From Podarcis cretensis (taxonomy: Eukaryota), in NCBI GenBank assembly GCA_951804945.1, contig OX638150.1:102858001-102922000 (forward strand): a DNA stretch of 64,000 nucleotides, given 5' to 3'. The first letter of the stretch is position 1, and each line of letters begins with the position of its first letter. Both the position numbers and the translations under genes were made by a program. Positions 25,227 to 38,070 of this stretch are shown here, in pieces. The notes beneath the pieces are model-generated. The model searched no databases, had not been told where the DNA came from, and saw nothing but the letters and a program-made list of their open reading frames with translations.

Positions 25227-26846
25227 TTTAAAAAAAAACCATTTACTTGGCCAGATTTTACTTATCCAATTTTCTTATAAAACATTAAAGCCTTTTCTAA
25301 GGTCGTCTCGAGTTCCTTCCACGAATTTCCCTTTAATCTTAAAAATAGGTCATAATAATCAAACACAAAAGTCATAAAGATTTAAAAACAAGTTCTCCTT
25401 TCCCCCCCCCCAGCCCCGGTTTCTGTCCCTTCCAAATGTCCCCCCATCCATAACAACAGTTTTTAGCCTGGGTTCCTCACATCTGAGGCCTTTAAGTCCT
25501 TGTCAGTCTCTCTTTGCCGATTTTGTTGGTAACCCTCCTCATTGGTCCTCAGGTTTCGGGGAAATTTCAGCTCAGTCTCATCAGAATTTCTTCCATCCAA
25601 AGTACTTGACACCAGCTGCTGCAGAAGATCAACCAGTCCATACTCAAATAGGAAGCCCCAGTCGTATTTCTTATTTCTTTTAAAATCAGGTATTCCAGAT
25701 GTTCCAGGGGCTTCCTCCCTCCTCTTTCGCATCTTTCGCAGATTTGTAATCCAAGGGTCTTCTTCTTTGTATTCTAACAATGTAGGCTTGTGGTTGGTAG
25801 TCTCCATCTGTACTAGCCCTTGCTCGCTCTCCCCCTGTTCCGAAGTTATCTCTTCTGATTCAGCTGCAGATTTTTCCCCAGTCAAATCCATTGTACCTTC
25901 AGCAGAGTCATTTATTTTAGAGTTCAAGGTTATGAGTTGTTTACTCATGACCGTAGTCTGCTCCTCCAGTTTTCCCACAAGAAAAAACATTCTTTCTAGC
26001 TCTGCCTGTAGTTTTCCATCTGCAGCCATTGCAATGTTTCAATGTTTCCCCTAGGGGGATTCTAGTTACTTAGTAATCTTTTCCAATAGTCCTTTACTTT
26101 GTTATTTCCCTACTTTGTTTCCAACCACTTTAGTTCGAATGTAACAAATTAAGTCCAAAAAGTGTTAAATAATAGAGTTTTTCACTTTCGCTGCCCGTTT
26201 GACAGCTCCTTTGACAGCTGTCAAACTCCTCGTTCCTTGTTCTCCGGCTCACATAAAAGGACACCCCTGGGTCTGGGGGGGTTCAAAAAAAAAAAAAAAA
26301 CTTCTAAAAAATCACTCTTACTCTCCAGCACACATCTTCTTCTGTCAAATTCATGCAAATCTTATCTTTTACAGAACACCAAGGAAAGAACTCTCCACCT
26401 TAGTTCTCCGATCTTTGCTTTAAATTTTCTGTAGGCAGGGGGGTGCGGACTTCCCTTTAGCACATCCCCCGATTGTGCCGAATTCAAGGATAAGCTTTTT
26501 AAAGTCCAAATTCCAATCTACTCACGGATTAATTAAAGTCCGAATTTCAGGGAAGAAAGTCAGCGGTCTCCGGCCATGGCTCGCGGCTTCGCTCCACTGC
26601 AGTAGCGGTCTACTCACAGCACCACGCCACTCCCCGTACCCTCTCCGCAGCCTTTAAAAAGGCTCTTCGTGGGTCGGGGGGGCGCTTTAGGTGCCCGCCG
26701 AGTCACCAGGTCCGCAGGCTTCCGCGCCTGCGGTTTCTAAGGGTCCCCGCGTCGCCGTCGCGGTGAGACCCGTTTGCAATGGAGCCGATTCCCTCCGGAG
26801 CTCAGAGGGAATCCGCCATTACTCGGATCGCGCTAACCCGGAAGTC
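24981..26846 (-). mobile_element. Full-length 1.87-kb non-autonomous L1-like retroelement with a single ORF
   Basis: Exact 19-bp TSD accatgaatgacaccttca (24962-24980 / 26847-26865). Minus-strand 5' end gacttccggg...taatggcgg in a CpG-rich leader; AATAAA plus A-tail at the other end; no RT. Confidence 0.9.
25463..26029 (-). CDS. 188-aa ORF of the non-autonomous element; L1 ORF1-derived, coiled-coil-like N-terminus
   Basis: Open from ATG, heptad-like LQAELERMFFLVGKLEEQTTVMSKQLITLNSKI. 'TNLR' and the terminal ASDVRNPG* echo the ORF1 at 59016-60035. Confidence 0.6.
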   Translation of the reverse strand: MAADGKLQAELERMFFLVGKLEEQTTVMSKQLITLNSKINDSAEGTMDLTGEKSAAESEEITSEQGESEQGLVQMETTNHKPTLLEYKEEDPWITNLRKMRKRREEAPGTSGIPDFKRNKKYDWGFLFEYGLVDLLQQLVSSTLDGRNSDETELKFPRNLRTNEEGYQQNRQRETDKDLKASDVRNPG

Positions 26847-29181
26847 ACCATGAATGACACCTTCAGCTCCATGTAAACTAATAATGAAACGCCTTCCCCT
26901 GCCTACTGCCCTTGCTGTTGCAGTGAGTTTTGATGTCCTTTTCCCAGCCTGTAATATTTCAACTGAGTCAGGATAAGAGAAGGGTATCCTGGGCTGCAGT
27001 GAGTTGGGGATGCAGGTCTCTCTTAATAGCGAGCTATCAATTTATTTAAGAAGAATATCATTCATAGTGTGTGGATGGGGATCTACACACTAGATCTCTG
27101 GGTGGTTTGCAGTAGATCACCAAGGATTTCTGTCTGCTGGTTATTTAATAATAGCAAGAACTCTCCCCATCCCCAGTTAGGTTGTGCAATGATGAAAGTG
27201 GAGTTGGGTGGGAATCAGAAACAGTTTTTTGTGTGCAAGGATTGTTTCAGTTCTAGTACTGGGTGGTGGGGCAGAGATTCCTGGACTGAGGTGCTATCAA
27301 AGGTGCACTATTCCTTAATTCTAAGTATGGGCCTCCAATCAAAATCTCTATCTTGCACTTGGATCCAGCTGGGGTTCAATTGCAGTAGGGTTGGTTGGGG
27401 GAAGGAGATAAGCTCACCCATCCATAATGTATACCACCAGGAGATTCAGTCTGCATGAATATATATTGTATATATGCAGGTTTATGCAGATGGGAAATCA
27501 TTCTAGACAGTGGCGTAGCTAGCCGCTCAGCTGCCAAGTGCGGTGCATGCATCCTGCAGCCAGGGTGGGATGAGCTGTCCATGGGGGCGTGGCGTGCTGC
27601 ATAGAGCCTATCTGCCATCTCCCCCTCAGCTGTAGGGCGGCTGAGGGAGAGGCAGAGGTCAGACTCAAGTCCCACACTGCTGTTTCAGGGAGCACAGAGC
27701 CTGCAGGCGCCCAAGCCACCACGTCACTCCCAGGAGAGACACGTGACTCAGGCACGCTGCAGGCCCTGCGGTAAGGTCCTCTGCCACTTGCATCTTCACT
27801 AGGAGGGGGGCCCTGTGGCCCCTGCAGATGTTATCGGACTCCAACTCCCAGTGGACATACTGCCTTGGGCTAAAGGGAGTTGGAATCCAACAGCATTTGG
27901 AGGGCCACATATATGGAGAATCATTTGCACATACGGCACCCCACAGAATATCCCTATTTTCAAGTGGAGTGTTGGAGGGTAAGCTAATGCACCTAGATCA
28001 GTGGAGAAACCTGCTGCTGCGATTCCCCCTACCCCCATACTATTCATTTCCACATCTGTTAGCATCAGCAAAGGAAGGGGTGAAGAATTTTAGGACTCAT
28101 TGAACCCTCCCCCGGACCACACTCCTCACTGGCCCTGGTTTGCACACTGGGTGCTTTTGCTGGAAAATCACAACACATAAACTCATGCAACTTCCTAACA
28201 TTAATTTCTTGAATATTGTGCTCTCCATTTTGTTATGCATCTGCTGTATGTTCGATGCTTGGACGTGCATTACTAGGTTTTCATTTCACTTTCCTGTGTC
28301 CCCCCACCTTTCTTTCCTTTAACAACCCCTCCTTGTTTTGTTGCTGCTGTACTCTTATAAGTTTGCACTGTACCGCCTAGTTTGTACTGAATTTAGAAAA
28401 GTGTAAAAATTTCAACTTAAAAAAAGAAGAAGATTATGGATTCGCTTCATCTGCAGAAATGCATATTAGTGCTGCAGTTAATACTTAGCAAGTAAAGAAG
28501 CGGATTTTGGAAGGACAGAAAACACCGAAAGAAGATTCTTTTGAAATGTAGATGCATAGTGAAGCACTGCTTTAAACCCTTCTCTTAGGTAAACAGGATC
28601 TCAAATCATTTTCTTTTGGAAATTTAGAAGGACATTTCTTCCACTTCCCCTTCCCTCCCCTCCCACCTTCTCTGTACTTTAAGTCTACAATCATGTACTT
28701 CAAACTCAGTGTTCTACAGGATTGCCTGCTACATCAGGTATTTCTTCTGCAATAAACATCAGACTGACAGGCCAACAGTTCCACTAGTCTGCAGAGCTGG
28801 CCATTTGCTATGCGCAGAACTTCAGGTAATACTTATTGAGGGGGAAAGTTGAATACAATTATTTTTAAAATTAAACATGGGCATCACAGATTTTTCCACA
28901 GACGTTGCAACACAATTCCACAGTTGGTACTGCATGCCTAGTTCAGCAAGTCTAGAGAAAGCGGGAGGGGGTGGTGGTCCTCTCTACTACACCAAAATGG
29001 ACGTTTTGTTGCAAAACACTTTGTGACTATTTGTACCTGGACTAAAAGAGAAAACCTGAAAAGATGATGAATGTTTGACATTCTCATGAAATCCATTGTC
29101 TTGTATAAAATCTTTTGAAAGGCAGGGAATGAGCACAAAAAAGGTTAGAAAATACATTGCACGCTATTCTTTATATTAATA

Positions 29182-29543
29182 AGGTAAAGGTAAAGGTACC
29201 CCTGCCCATACGGGCCAGTCTTGACAGACTCTAGGGTTGTGCGCCCATCTCACTCAAGAGGCCAGGGGCCAGCGCTGTCCAGAGACACTTCAGGGTCACG
29301 TGGCCAGCATGACATCGCTGCTCTGGCGAGCCAGAGCCGCACACGGAAATGCCATTTACCTTCCCGCTGGTAAGCGGTCCCTATTTATCTACTTGCACCC
29401 GGGGGTGCTTTCGAACTGCTAGGTTGGCAGGCGCTGGGACTGAACGACGGGAGCACACCCCGCCACGGGGATTCGAACCGCCGACCTTTCGATCGGCAAG
29501 CCCTAGGCGCTGAGGCTTTTACCCACAGTGCCACCCGCGTCCC
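29182..29543 (-). mobile_element. Full-length Sauria SINE
   Basis: Reverse complement of the 24154 family; 13-bp TSD ctttatattaata (29169-29181 / 29544-29556). Confidence 0.95.
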
Positions 29544-30064
29544 CTTTATATTAATACATTGTTCTAATTAGGAGAAACCCAGCCAGATGGGTGGAGTATA
29601 AGTAATATCTTCATCATCATCATCATCATCTCTGCCCTTGCACCAACTCTGAAGAACATAGCATTTGTATTTTAGAATCCCTAGAGTGGTAGATCTTTAG
29701 GCCAGATCTCTCATATCCAAATGCAAATTTCTGTTTCTTGTGCTTTGCCTGCTGAACCCTTGGTTACTGGATTCAAATAATAACAACTAATAAATCAGAG
29801 CTCATTGGCAGGGCTCTTAACACAGACCTGTAGCAAAATTTCCCATAGACCAAAAGAAGGGAAGGGATTTGGAGGTTCTAATGTACTCAGAGGATGTGAA
29901 CAGTTAATTCATGGTGCTGGAAAAAACAAACCGTGGAACTCCATGGTGCCCATCCATAAAAGCTGTGGAGTTCACCATATTATTTCAATATCATAAATAT
30001 ATTTTTGATTTTTTGTCCTTCCTCAAATAATCACAGTGAGTCCCCACAGTGAGAAGTGGAAGGG

Positions 30065-30076
30065 AGATAGATAGAT

Positions 30077-30110
<34 letters not shown>

Positions 30111-30146
30111 CAGATAGCTAGATAGCTAGATAGCTAGATGATAGAT
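30065..30146. repeat. (GATA)n microsatellite with GCTA variants
   Basis: Direct reading. Confidence 0.95.
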
Positions 30147-30594
30147 AATATCTTGGCCTATCAATTGAGACATATAAACTTACACAGTGGCATGCCCTAC
30201 TTCAAGATACTGAGCATGGGCAAACCAAGGTTTGGCCTTGTTTGCAGCATATATTGTTGTCCCCCCTCTCACAGACACTGGGATCTGGGAAGAACAATAA
30301 GAGCAAACTTTACATGCATTTGTGAACCCCTTTATATCATAACCCTTCATGAGATCTACAGGCAACATTCCCCTTCAACAACTCTCTCATGAGATTTTCA
30401 AACTAGAAAAATTCATAGAATCATAGAGCTGCCAATTTGGAAGTGACTCTGAGGGCCATCTAGTCTAACCCCCTACAGTGCAGGAATGCCAACTAGATCA
30501 TACTTGACAGGGTGGCCAATTTGTGTGTGAGCAGGGAGGAGCTTTAGAAAAGTAACCTTGAAAAAGAAATTGTCATATGCCCCCTCAAGATCCC

Positions 30595-30900
30595 AGGCCC
30601 AATTCAAAGTGCTGGTTTTGACCTGTAAAGCCTTAAAAGTCTAAGGACTGCAATACCTCAATACCCAGACCCTGAGATCATCCTCTGAGGCCCTTCTTCA
30701 TGTGTCCGCTCCACAAGAGTCTAGAGGGTGGCAAAATGAGAATGGGCCTTCTCTGCAATGGCTTCCCACTCGTGGAATGCTCTCTCTAGGGAGGCTTGTC
30801 TGGCGCTTTCGTTACATGCCTTTAGGCACCAGGCAAAAGACGTTCCTCTTCAACCAGGCCTTGGGCTGATTAACATCCAATGCCCTTTTAAATGTGTTGG
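30595..30900 (+). mobile_element. L2-type LINE 3' fragment
   Basis: aattcaaagtgctggttttgacctgtaaagcctta ('FKVLVLT.KAL'), gccttctctgca...tggaatgctctc; its tail continues after the MITE (~31192-31265). Confidence 0.75.
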
Positions 30901-30963
30901 GGGAGGGGGAATTATTGGTTGGTTGTTATTTTTGTTTTTACTATTTATTTTGTAGTTTTTATA

Positions 30964-31189
30964 CAGTGGTACCTCGGGTTATAGACGCTTCAGGTTACAG
31001 ACTCCGCTAACCCAGAAATAGTACTTCGGGTTAAGAACTTTGCTTCAGGATGAGAACAGAAATCGTGCTCCGGTGGCGCAGTGGCAGCGGGAGGCCCCAT
31101 TAGCTAAAGTGGTGCTTCAGGTTAAGAACAGTTTCAGGTTAAGAATGGACCTCCAGAACGAATTATGTTCTTAACCTGAGATACCACTG
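30964..31189 (+). mobile_element. Tc1/pogo-type MITE, copy 2
   Basis: TA-flanked TIRs; 226 bp. Confidence 0.93.
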
Positions 31190-34100
31190 TATTGCATTTT
31201 TTTGTTGTGAACTGCCTTGGGATCTGCAGACGAAGGGCGGTATACAAAGTTAATAAAAATAATAAAATATATACAGTGCAGCCCTATGCCTGTTTACTCA
31301 AAATCAAGTCCCATTTTGTTCAACAGGACTTCCTCCCAGGCACGTTTGAATATATTTGCAGCTTTGGGTGCTTCAGCCAGGTTGGGTCCATGAGACACAC
31401 TTGAGTCAAAACAAGTATAAAAGTGATAACAGGAGAGAAGTACCAAAAAGGTTCAAGCTGACAGAAATATGCAGACACTTTGCCTTTCCTCTCAGTTGCT
31501 TTTGAGCGGGAAGTGTAGACAACTGCTAGCAATGTCATGATCAGAGAATAGTTTTATGTACATATCCTTGATGAACTTTGAATCTGCAAATTCTAAAGGA
31601 ATAGCTGTGCTCCATCCATTGCTACAAAAAGTATGTAACAAAGAATCTTCTGGCATTTTAAGTTTCACAAATGCATTGTGGCATAACTTTGGCAGGCTAA
31701 AGCCCATGCGAGGTCACATTCTAATGTTGTTAGTCTTCAGGGTGACACAGGACTCATGCCATTTTTTAAAATTCGTGGGCGCCCTCCAACTTTTCCCACT
31801 ACAGCATTCTCTTAGTGTGACATAACTCTGCACCCAGTAATGCCAAACAGATCCAAAAGGAAACCTAAAAGGAGATTTTTATTTACTTCTTTGGTCTAGG
31901 AAGCCTTTGTATATCTTGAAGCTTCAGCATATGTCCTACATTTAATATAGTTAACCATGATCTGCATCAACTTCATCTTAATACTGAAAGGGTTGTAGAC
32001 AATAGGATAAGCCAGGCACAGCAGGGAGTCTCTGCACAGAAATATCTAAATATTTTCTCATTTCTTCCCTCAAACATTCTGCCTGAGGAAGAAGATCTGG
32101 GTCACTGAAAACCTTATACAGTACTGTATATATTTTCAACAGTAATTTGTTCAGATAAGAGTCTCGTGTGCCTCTCTGTCGTCTTCTTCTATGGGATCAA
32201 CACAACTCTATGGACTTTGACCAGGAAAAGTGTTTACTGGTTTTATCTGCATTTTTAATTTATTTATTTTTTAAACTCTTTTAAAGACACCCAAGTTTGT
32301 GTCCATCTAACCACCTTGTGATAGTGAATTTCCTAAGTTAATTATATGCAATGTGAAGAAGTACTGAAATGTGAAAAAGCAAGCATATATTCTCAGGCTT
32401 TAAACGATGGCAATGTCTGTTGGTGAAACAACACAAAGGTAAAAAGATTCAGAGCAGCAGCACCTGATGACTCATCGGCAGTGGGACCCGTTCTCCCTTC
32501 ACTTTTGTTACAGTACACAATATATAAATGCAACGGGTTAGAGACTCAGGTAAGGGCAGCAAATGTTTGTTTACAGCTCTCACCAAGAGACACAGCTGTA
32601 AGCCTTCAAAATGAATTGTAGGTTCCACAATGCAGCCCTCTAATAATGGAAAGAGGCAGAGTCTACAGAACAGGAAGCAAGGTCACCTGTTGAGCAAATG
32701 TGGGCATTTACCTACATAATTGCAGAAATTAGGGAAATTGAGGCACAGTCCAGTAATCTGCTGGTCAGAACCGTTTCCCAGTTATAGTTTCGTTTGATAA
32801 ATTTTTAAATATTCAAATATTATATCCTGCAGCATTCAAAACTCCCATTGTTTTAGGTGTGTTTTGCGACAAGGAATTTCATTAGCGGGAGCAGTTTCGC
32901 CTAAGATTTCAGATTAAAACTACAGAGTGGAAGGAAAGGAGGACCATTTTCTGCCTCTCCGCTTCCATCCACTGAAGACTGGAGAAGAGACCCTCTTAAG
33001 AATATTAGGGGGGCAGGCAGGGGAAGCATGGCTTTGTTAAGTAAAAGCATCATATCCTCTCTTTGCTTATTAAGGTTTCCAAACAGGTACTGCTGTCAAA
33101 TAAGCACTCAAGGAAAGATAGATTTGTAAGCAGCTTCATTTTATGACAAGACATGTAAGTATTTTACAGCAGTGCAGAGCACCTTATGTACTCTTTGGGC
33201 TTACTCAAACATAAACACATACAAACTGAACAAAAGCAGAAGACATTGAGGCTTAGCCACTCCAAGTCAGCATCAGATGGAAGGGAAATAAGATTGTTCC
33301 ATTCTATTGAAAAGGTGCATTAAATATACCATAGCAAACACTATAGCTGCTGTTGGTATAGCATTTATACCCCACCCTTCTAAAAAATGGCTCTCAGAGC
33401 AGCTTACAAAACCGCTAAGAATATACATGACCTACTCAAACTCAATTCCCAATAGGGTAGGGTAATCCATCCCATCAGGGATCACATAGTAAACAGGGTG
33501 TCTCATTCACATTCCTGACACTGTTTCACAAAATCATATTTCACAAAAAATCATATTTATCACAATCATATTTGGCTACAAAATATCAAAGTAATATCAA
33601 ATATCAAAGTAAGTCTGATTTAGCATACTAATATTCTACAAAGAAGGCTGGGAGGAATCATCAAAATCATCATCATCATCATATTTTGACACCGCAAACA
33701 TCTTTGTAAAAACAGTAAGTGCTGCATTTAATCAATTTATTAAAATAGTTATATCCTGCCTTTACATACATACATATATACATACACACACACACACACA
33801 CACACACCAAAGTGGAAAATGGTATTCAAGTTAAAAAACAATAGAAGCAGTCCCCATAGACCCTCTAGAAATAGCCATGTACTGGCAATACAGTGAAATA
33901 AAAACATTGATGAAATAGATGTTGATGAAGGGATACAGCTAAGAAGCTCATGCCTCTAAAGTGCCAACCTGCTAAACTCACTGGTGATGCAGAGGCACAA
34001 GGAATTCTGATGTTGACCTGCATCTACAAGACTGCATACATGTGATGAGATGGTCCTTTAGATATCTAATAAATTAAATAATTTAGGATTAAGCTAGCCC

Positions 34101-35989
34101 CCCCCCCCCAATTGGTCTGAAAACAAATATGTACTCAATGAAAACAAAACAGGCCTAGACCTCTGTCTGTCCCACCCAAATGTTGAGTCACTCTCAGAGT
34201 GCCACTATGGACCAGCTAAAGTTTCTGGACATGCTTTTCCCCATTCAGTACATACTCAGCCCTAGATGTGATACATTAAATTGCAGAATACAACAAAAAT
34301 ATAGCCCTGAATCTTCGCCAACCAGTTTTGTTTTTGTTGTCTGGAATGTTTGCTCTTTCCAACTTACATTGACCCAAACAGAGCATTTGTGTTCCTAGAG
34401 TACTGTTTTGCCCTCATTCTCCCATTACTTATGCTGATGTATGTTGAAAATTGAGGCTTATCAGCTTTGATTATCTGAAGACTGCCATGGTAAGGCTTGA
34501 AAATAAGTTCCAGCTACAGATGGAGAGATAAATACAGAGCACTAGCATTATCTGTACATTAAAGAGTTTTGCAATTTCTGCCTCAAGATAAAGTGAAATG
34601 CCTGTTAAGGAGGGTGAGAGGAACAGAAAGAACAGAACGAAAGCAACACTGAAAAGGAAAGATGTTTTCTCCAGATGAAAGGAAACCAAGGATTGATCCA
34701 CTAACTGCCCTCTGCCTGTTTTGTGTTTGTTTAATGTTTTCTACCAAGACAGCAATTCAAAACAGAAGCTGCATGCCAGTCAGGTTTTGTTCGAGCGGGG
34801 AAATAAACTATTTAAAAATTAGTAAAACTGATATTTCAAGGCTTAGGAAGAAAGAGTAACTTCTAAAGAAAACAACACATTTCTAGGGCTCCCAGCTGAT
34901 CCACACTTATTTCCAAGTAAAAGTTCACGGGGTTGTACTGTAAATAAAAGTTTTTTAAAAAGCAACAAAACTCCACTTTACCAAATGAAATTCACAAACC
35001 CTGAGTATATCCTTTTACCAGCAAAAAACTCAACTCAAACTGAAGGAATAATACCAATAGCTACTGAAAAAAACATGTTTACCCCAAATCATATGTCTCT
35101 TCCTAATCCTGGTGCCAATGTCTTTATTATTAGTCAGGGCAATTGTGTAAATCAGCATGAATAATCTATGAGATAAGGACGTGGAAGGTCTCACACTTTG
35201 CTTCAGAAATGGGGGGGGGGGGGTCTCATTGTCCTGCTACCAACTTTTGCCACACCTGTGTAGCTTGCTTGTCTACTACACTTACTTTGCACACAAGTGA
35301 ATTCTGTGTGCCTTTGGCTTATAGCAGCTTTGGGGCAAGTTCATGCACCATGATAAAAAGCCACACCACAAGCACAGACTTGAACACCACCCGGCCGAGT
35401 CACATTTCTTTTTTTAAATTTTGGTCCCACTGTCCACCAGAGATTCATGTGATGGGAAAATAATGTCATATGGTGTACTCTGTTTACACAGCCAGGACCC
35501 ATTCAAAATATTTGTCTTCTCATGCATATTTATTAATCTTTAAAACTTTTTTTAAAGAACCCTTTGAAGTGGCTTACATAAACAGTGCAAAATACAAACA
35601 ATAGAAACCAAATTCACAAAACAACTCATATCTCTCCCCAAGCAGCCTCAAAAAAGCCGCAACTGAATGCACAGAAAAGGAAACAACCCTAATATAACAA
35701 GGAGAGAAATGTCCTTCGGTTGAACTCCATTCTAAACAGCTACATTTTAACCCAGTGCTGAAAAGCATAGAATCACAGAACCATAAAGCTGGAAGGGACC
35801 ACAAGGATCATCTAGTCCAACGCCTTGTAACGCAGGAATCTTTTGCCCAATGTGGGGCTCAAATGCACAACCCTGAGATTAAGAGTCTCATCTCAACCAG
35901 AAAGGTGTTCCATAGGATAGGTGTTGCCACCCCAAGAACACACCAAAACCCTGTTCCTTGTTGCCATCCAGTAGGTCTCAGACAGCTAA

Positions 35990-36509
35990 GGAGAGCAAGT
36001 CAGGGCCTCAAATGATAAATAGAGCAAATGGAAGAAGGAAGTCCTTATGGTTCCCACGTCAGGGAAGAGCCAGAACGCACTGCTTCGTCAGTAGCAGGGG
36101 AGGGTTCTGAGCAGGAACTGTCAGAAGTGGAAGACAGGGAAATGAGGCATGAAGCAAAACAGGGAGCGGAGAGTAGTCAGGCGGAGCAGGGGTCAGAGAT
36201 GGTGAAGAGCCCTATAACCCACCAACGCCGGGAGAAGGAAGTTCAGATTCAGAAAGGGGGGGAGCATTCACATCAGCACAAGCAAGGAGAGAAATGAAAC
36301 GTCAAGATCATAGACGTCTCATGAGATTTCCACGCCTACTTTGTTGGCGCCGGAATCGAAAGAAGCCCCCACTCCCTGAATCTGACTTGATAGGTTCGGA
36401 TGCATGATTTTGAACTGTAGCTGTTCTTTTGTATATATGTAATAAAGACTGTAAATATCACGCTGAGTGTACTGGAGTGTTACTGCAAAGAGGGAACATC
36501 ACCTTGATA
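35990..36509 (+). mobile_element. Probable decayed solo LTR; left boundary uncertain
   Basis: Purine-rich body like the 17652 LTR, AATAAA at ~36441, ends ccttgata, and interrupts L2-like sequence. Confidence 0.45.
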
Positions 36510-38070
36510 TTTAGGCACTTAAAGGTAAAAGCTAGGATCTTGAATTGAGTCTGGAAACAAGCTGGCACACAGAGAAGATCAAAGAAAATGGAATAATATG
36601 TTATTCTCACCTCATTCCAGTCAAGACCCTGGGCAACAGCATTTTACACTAATGGCAGGTGCTTTTACACCTTTTACAAGGGAAGCCCTATCTAGAACAC
36701 ATTACAATAGTCTAACCTAGAGGTACCTAAGGAATGAGTGAGTGGGGGCAAGGTCGACTTTCATCAGGTAAGACTGTAAGTGATGTGCCAGCTGAAGTCA
36801 TGAAAATATGCTCCTCAAAACCTGCACATTCAGCAGCAACACCATGTCAAGGAGCACCTCCAAACTATAGGCTCCTAAACCTGAAATGGGTGGCCCATCC
36901 ACCACAAGTACTTCTGTCTTTTCTGAATTGAGTTTTAGCTTGTTATACCCCAGTACTTCTCAAAAACAGTAGTCCAGGGTTTCCATTTTCTCCCTAGGAT
37001 CGTATGTGTAAAAAAAGAAATAGAGCTGGATATCATCAGCATATTGTTGATGCCACCCCCTAAATCTTCTGCTGCCTTCTTCCAGTGATACGCTATAGAT
37101 GTAAAACAGTATAGGAGACAAGATGGAACCACACAGAATCCTGTAGGTCACTGGGTGTCCTTGTGGTCAGAAATAAATGGTGGCAGTTCCATACCACAAT
37201 CCTAATACCCACCCCCATAAAGTTACCCAGAAGAACCTTGTTCACTGTTGTCAAATGCCACTGAGAAGTTGAAAAGAAGAACCAAGAGGGTCACACTCAC
37301 CAACAATCTCCCTTTCAAGTCATCCAGTGGGTCAACAAAGGCTATTTCAGTCCTCAAACCAGTCCAAAGGCCATATGAGAAAGAATCTAAGTAATCAATT
37401 CCATCCAAGAATCTCTGGAGCTGTGCCACCACCACCCATACACTCCCCTTGCTCCCCCCAACCCAAAATGTGTTGGATCACGTGATAGCTGTTTAACTCA
37501 GAAGAATTCAGTGATTCCCACCGCTCTACAGAGCTGCCGTAATGCAACAAAGAGGTGCTGGAACTCAGAGACTCTCTCTCTCTGGCAAGACTGATTTCAG
37601 TTGAGTCCCTCATCACATGGGGGAATTCCACTGCACAACACTAAACAGATGGGATGGTGATAGAAAACAGTAACTTCTTTGCCACCATCATAGAATGAAC
37701 AGGAAAATGGCCTTTAAGATGTGGTTGGTTGAGTTTGCTGTGAGTCTTCTTCCACTGTTGCCCTAGCTACCTTCCTACTTGCAAGATTAGCCCCAGTATT
37801 GTAACCTGGTAAAGCACAAAACCTTATGAATTCCATCTGAGAGAAGAGGACACTTCAAAGTGATTGCACTGACCATCCATAAATTAAGTAATCTATCAAG
37901 ACTCACCCTCCCTTTCCATGTAAATGTTACCAATTGTGTGGTTATTCCCATGACAATACAGGTTGAGAGGTCTCCAAGTTGGGTCAGCCTTATCCAGGGC
38001 CCCTGAATAGGCTGCGTGGGGCACCTGGGTACAGCCTTGGATGTAAAGGGAGGAAAGAGGTAGAACTTCC
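36510..38070 (-). mobile_element. Decayed L2-clade LINE (RT region)
   Basis: Frameshifted pieces LQRFLDGIDYLD, TLLVLLFNFSVAFD, GSILSPILFYIY and HQQYADDIQLYF (YADD catalytic motif). Confidence 0.88.

Noticed and set aside
25542-26054. 170-aa plus-strand ORF
   Set aside because: Antisense shadow of the 188-aa retroelement ORF.
26430-26846. Second CpG island suggesting a host gene promoter
   Set aside because: It is the 5'UTR of the TSD-bounded retroelement.
27508-27790. GC-rich block starting cagtggcgtagc (possible DNA transposon)
   Set aside because: A matching right TIR and TSD could not be established.
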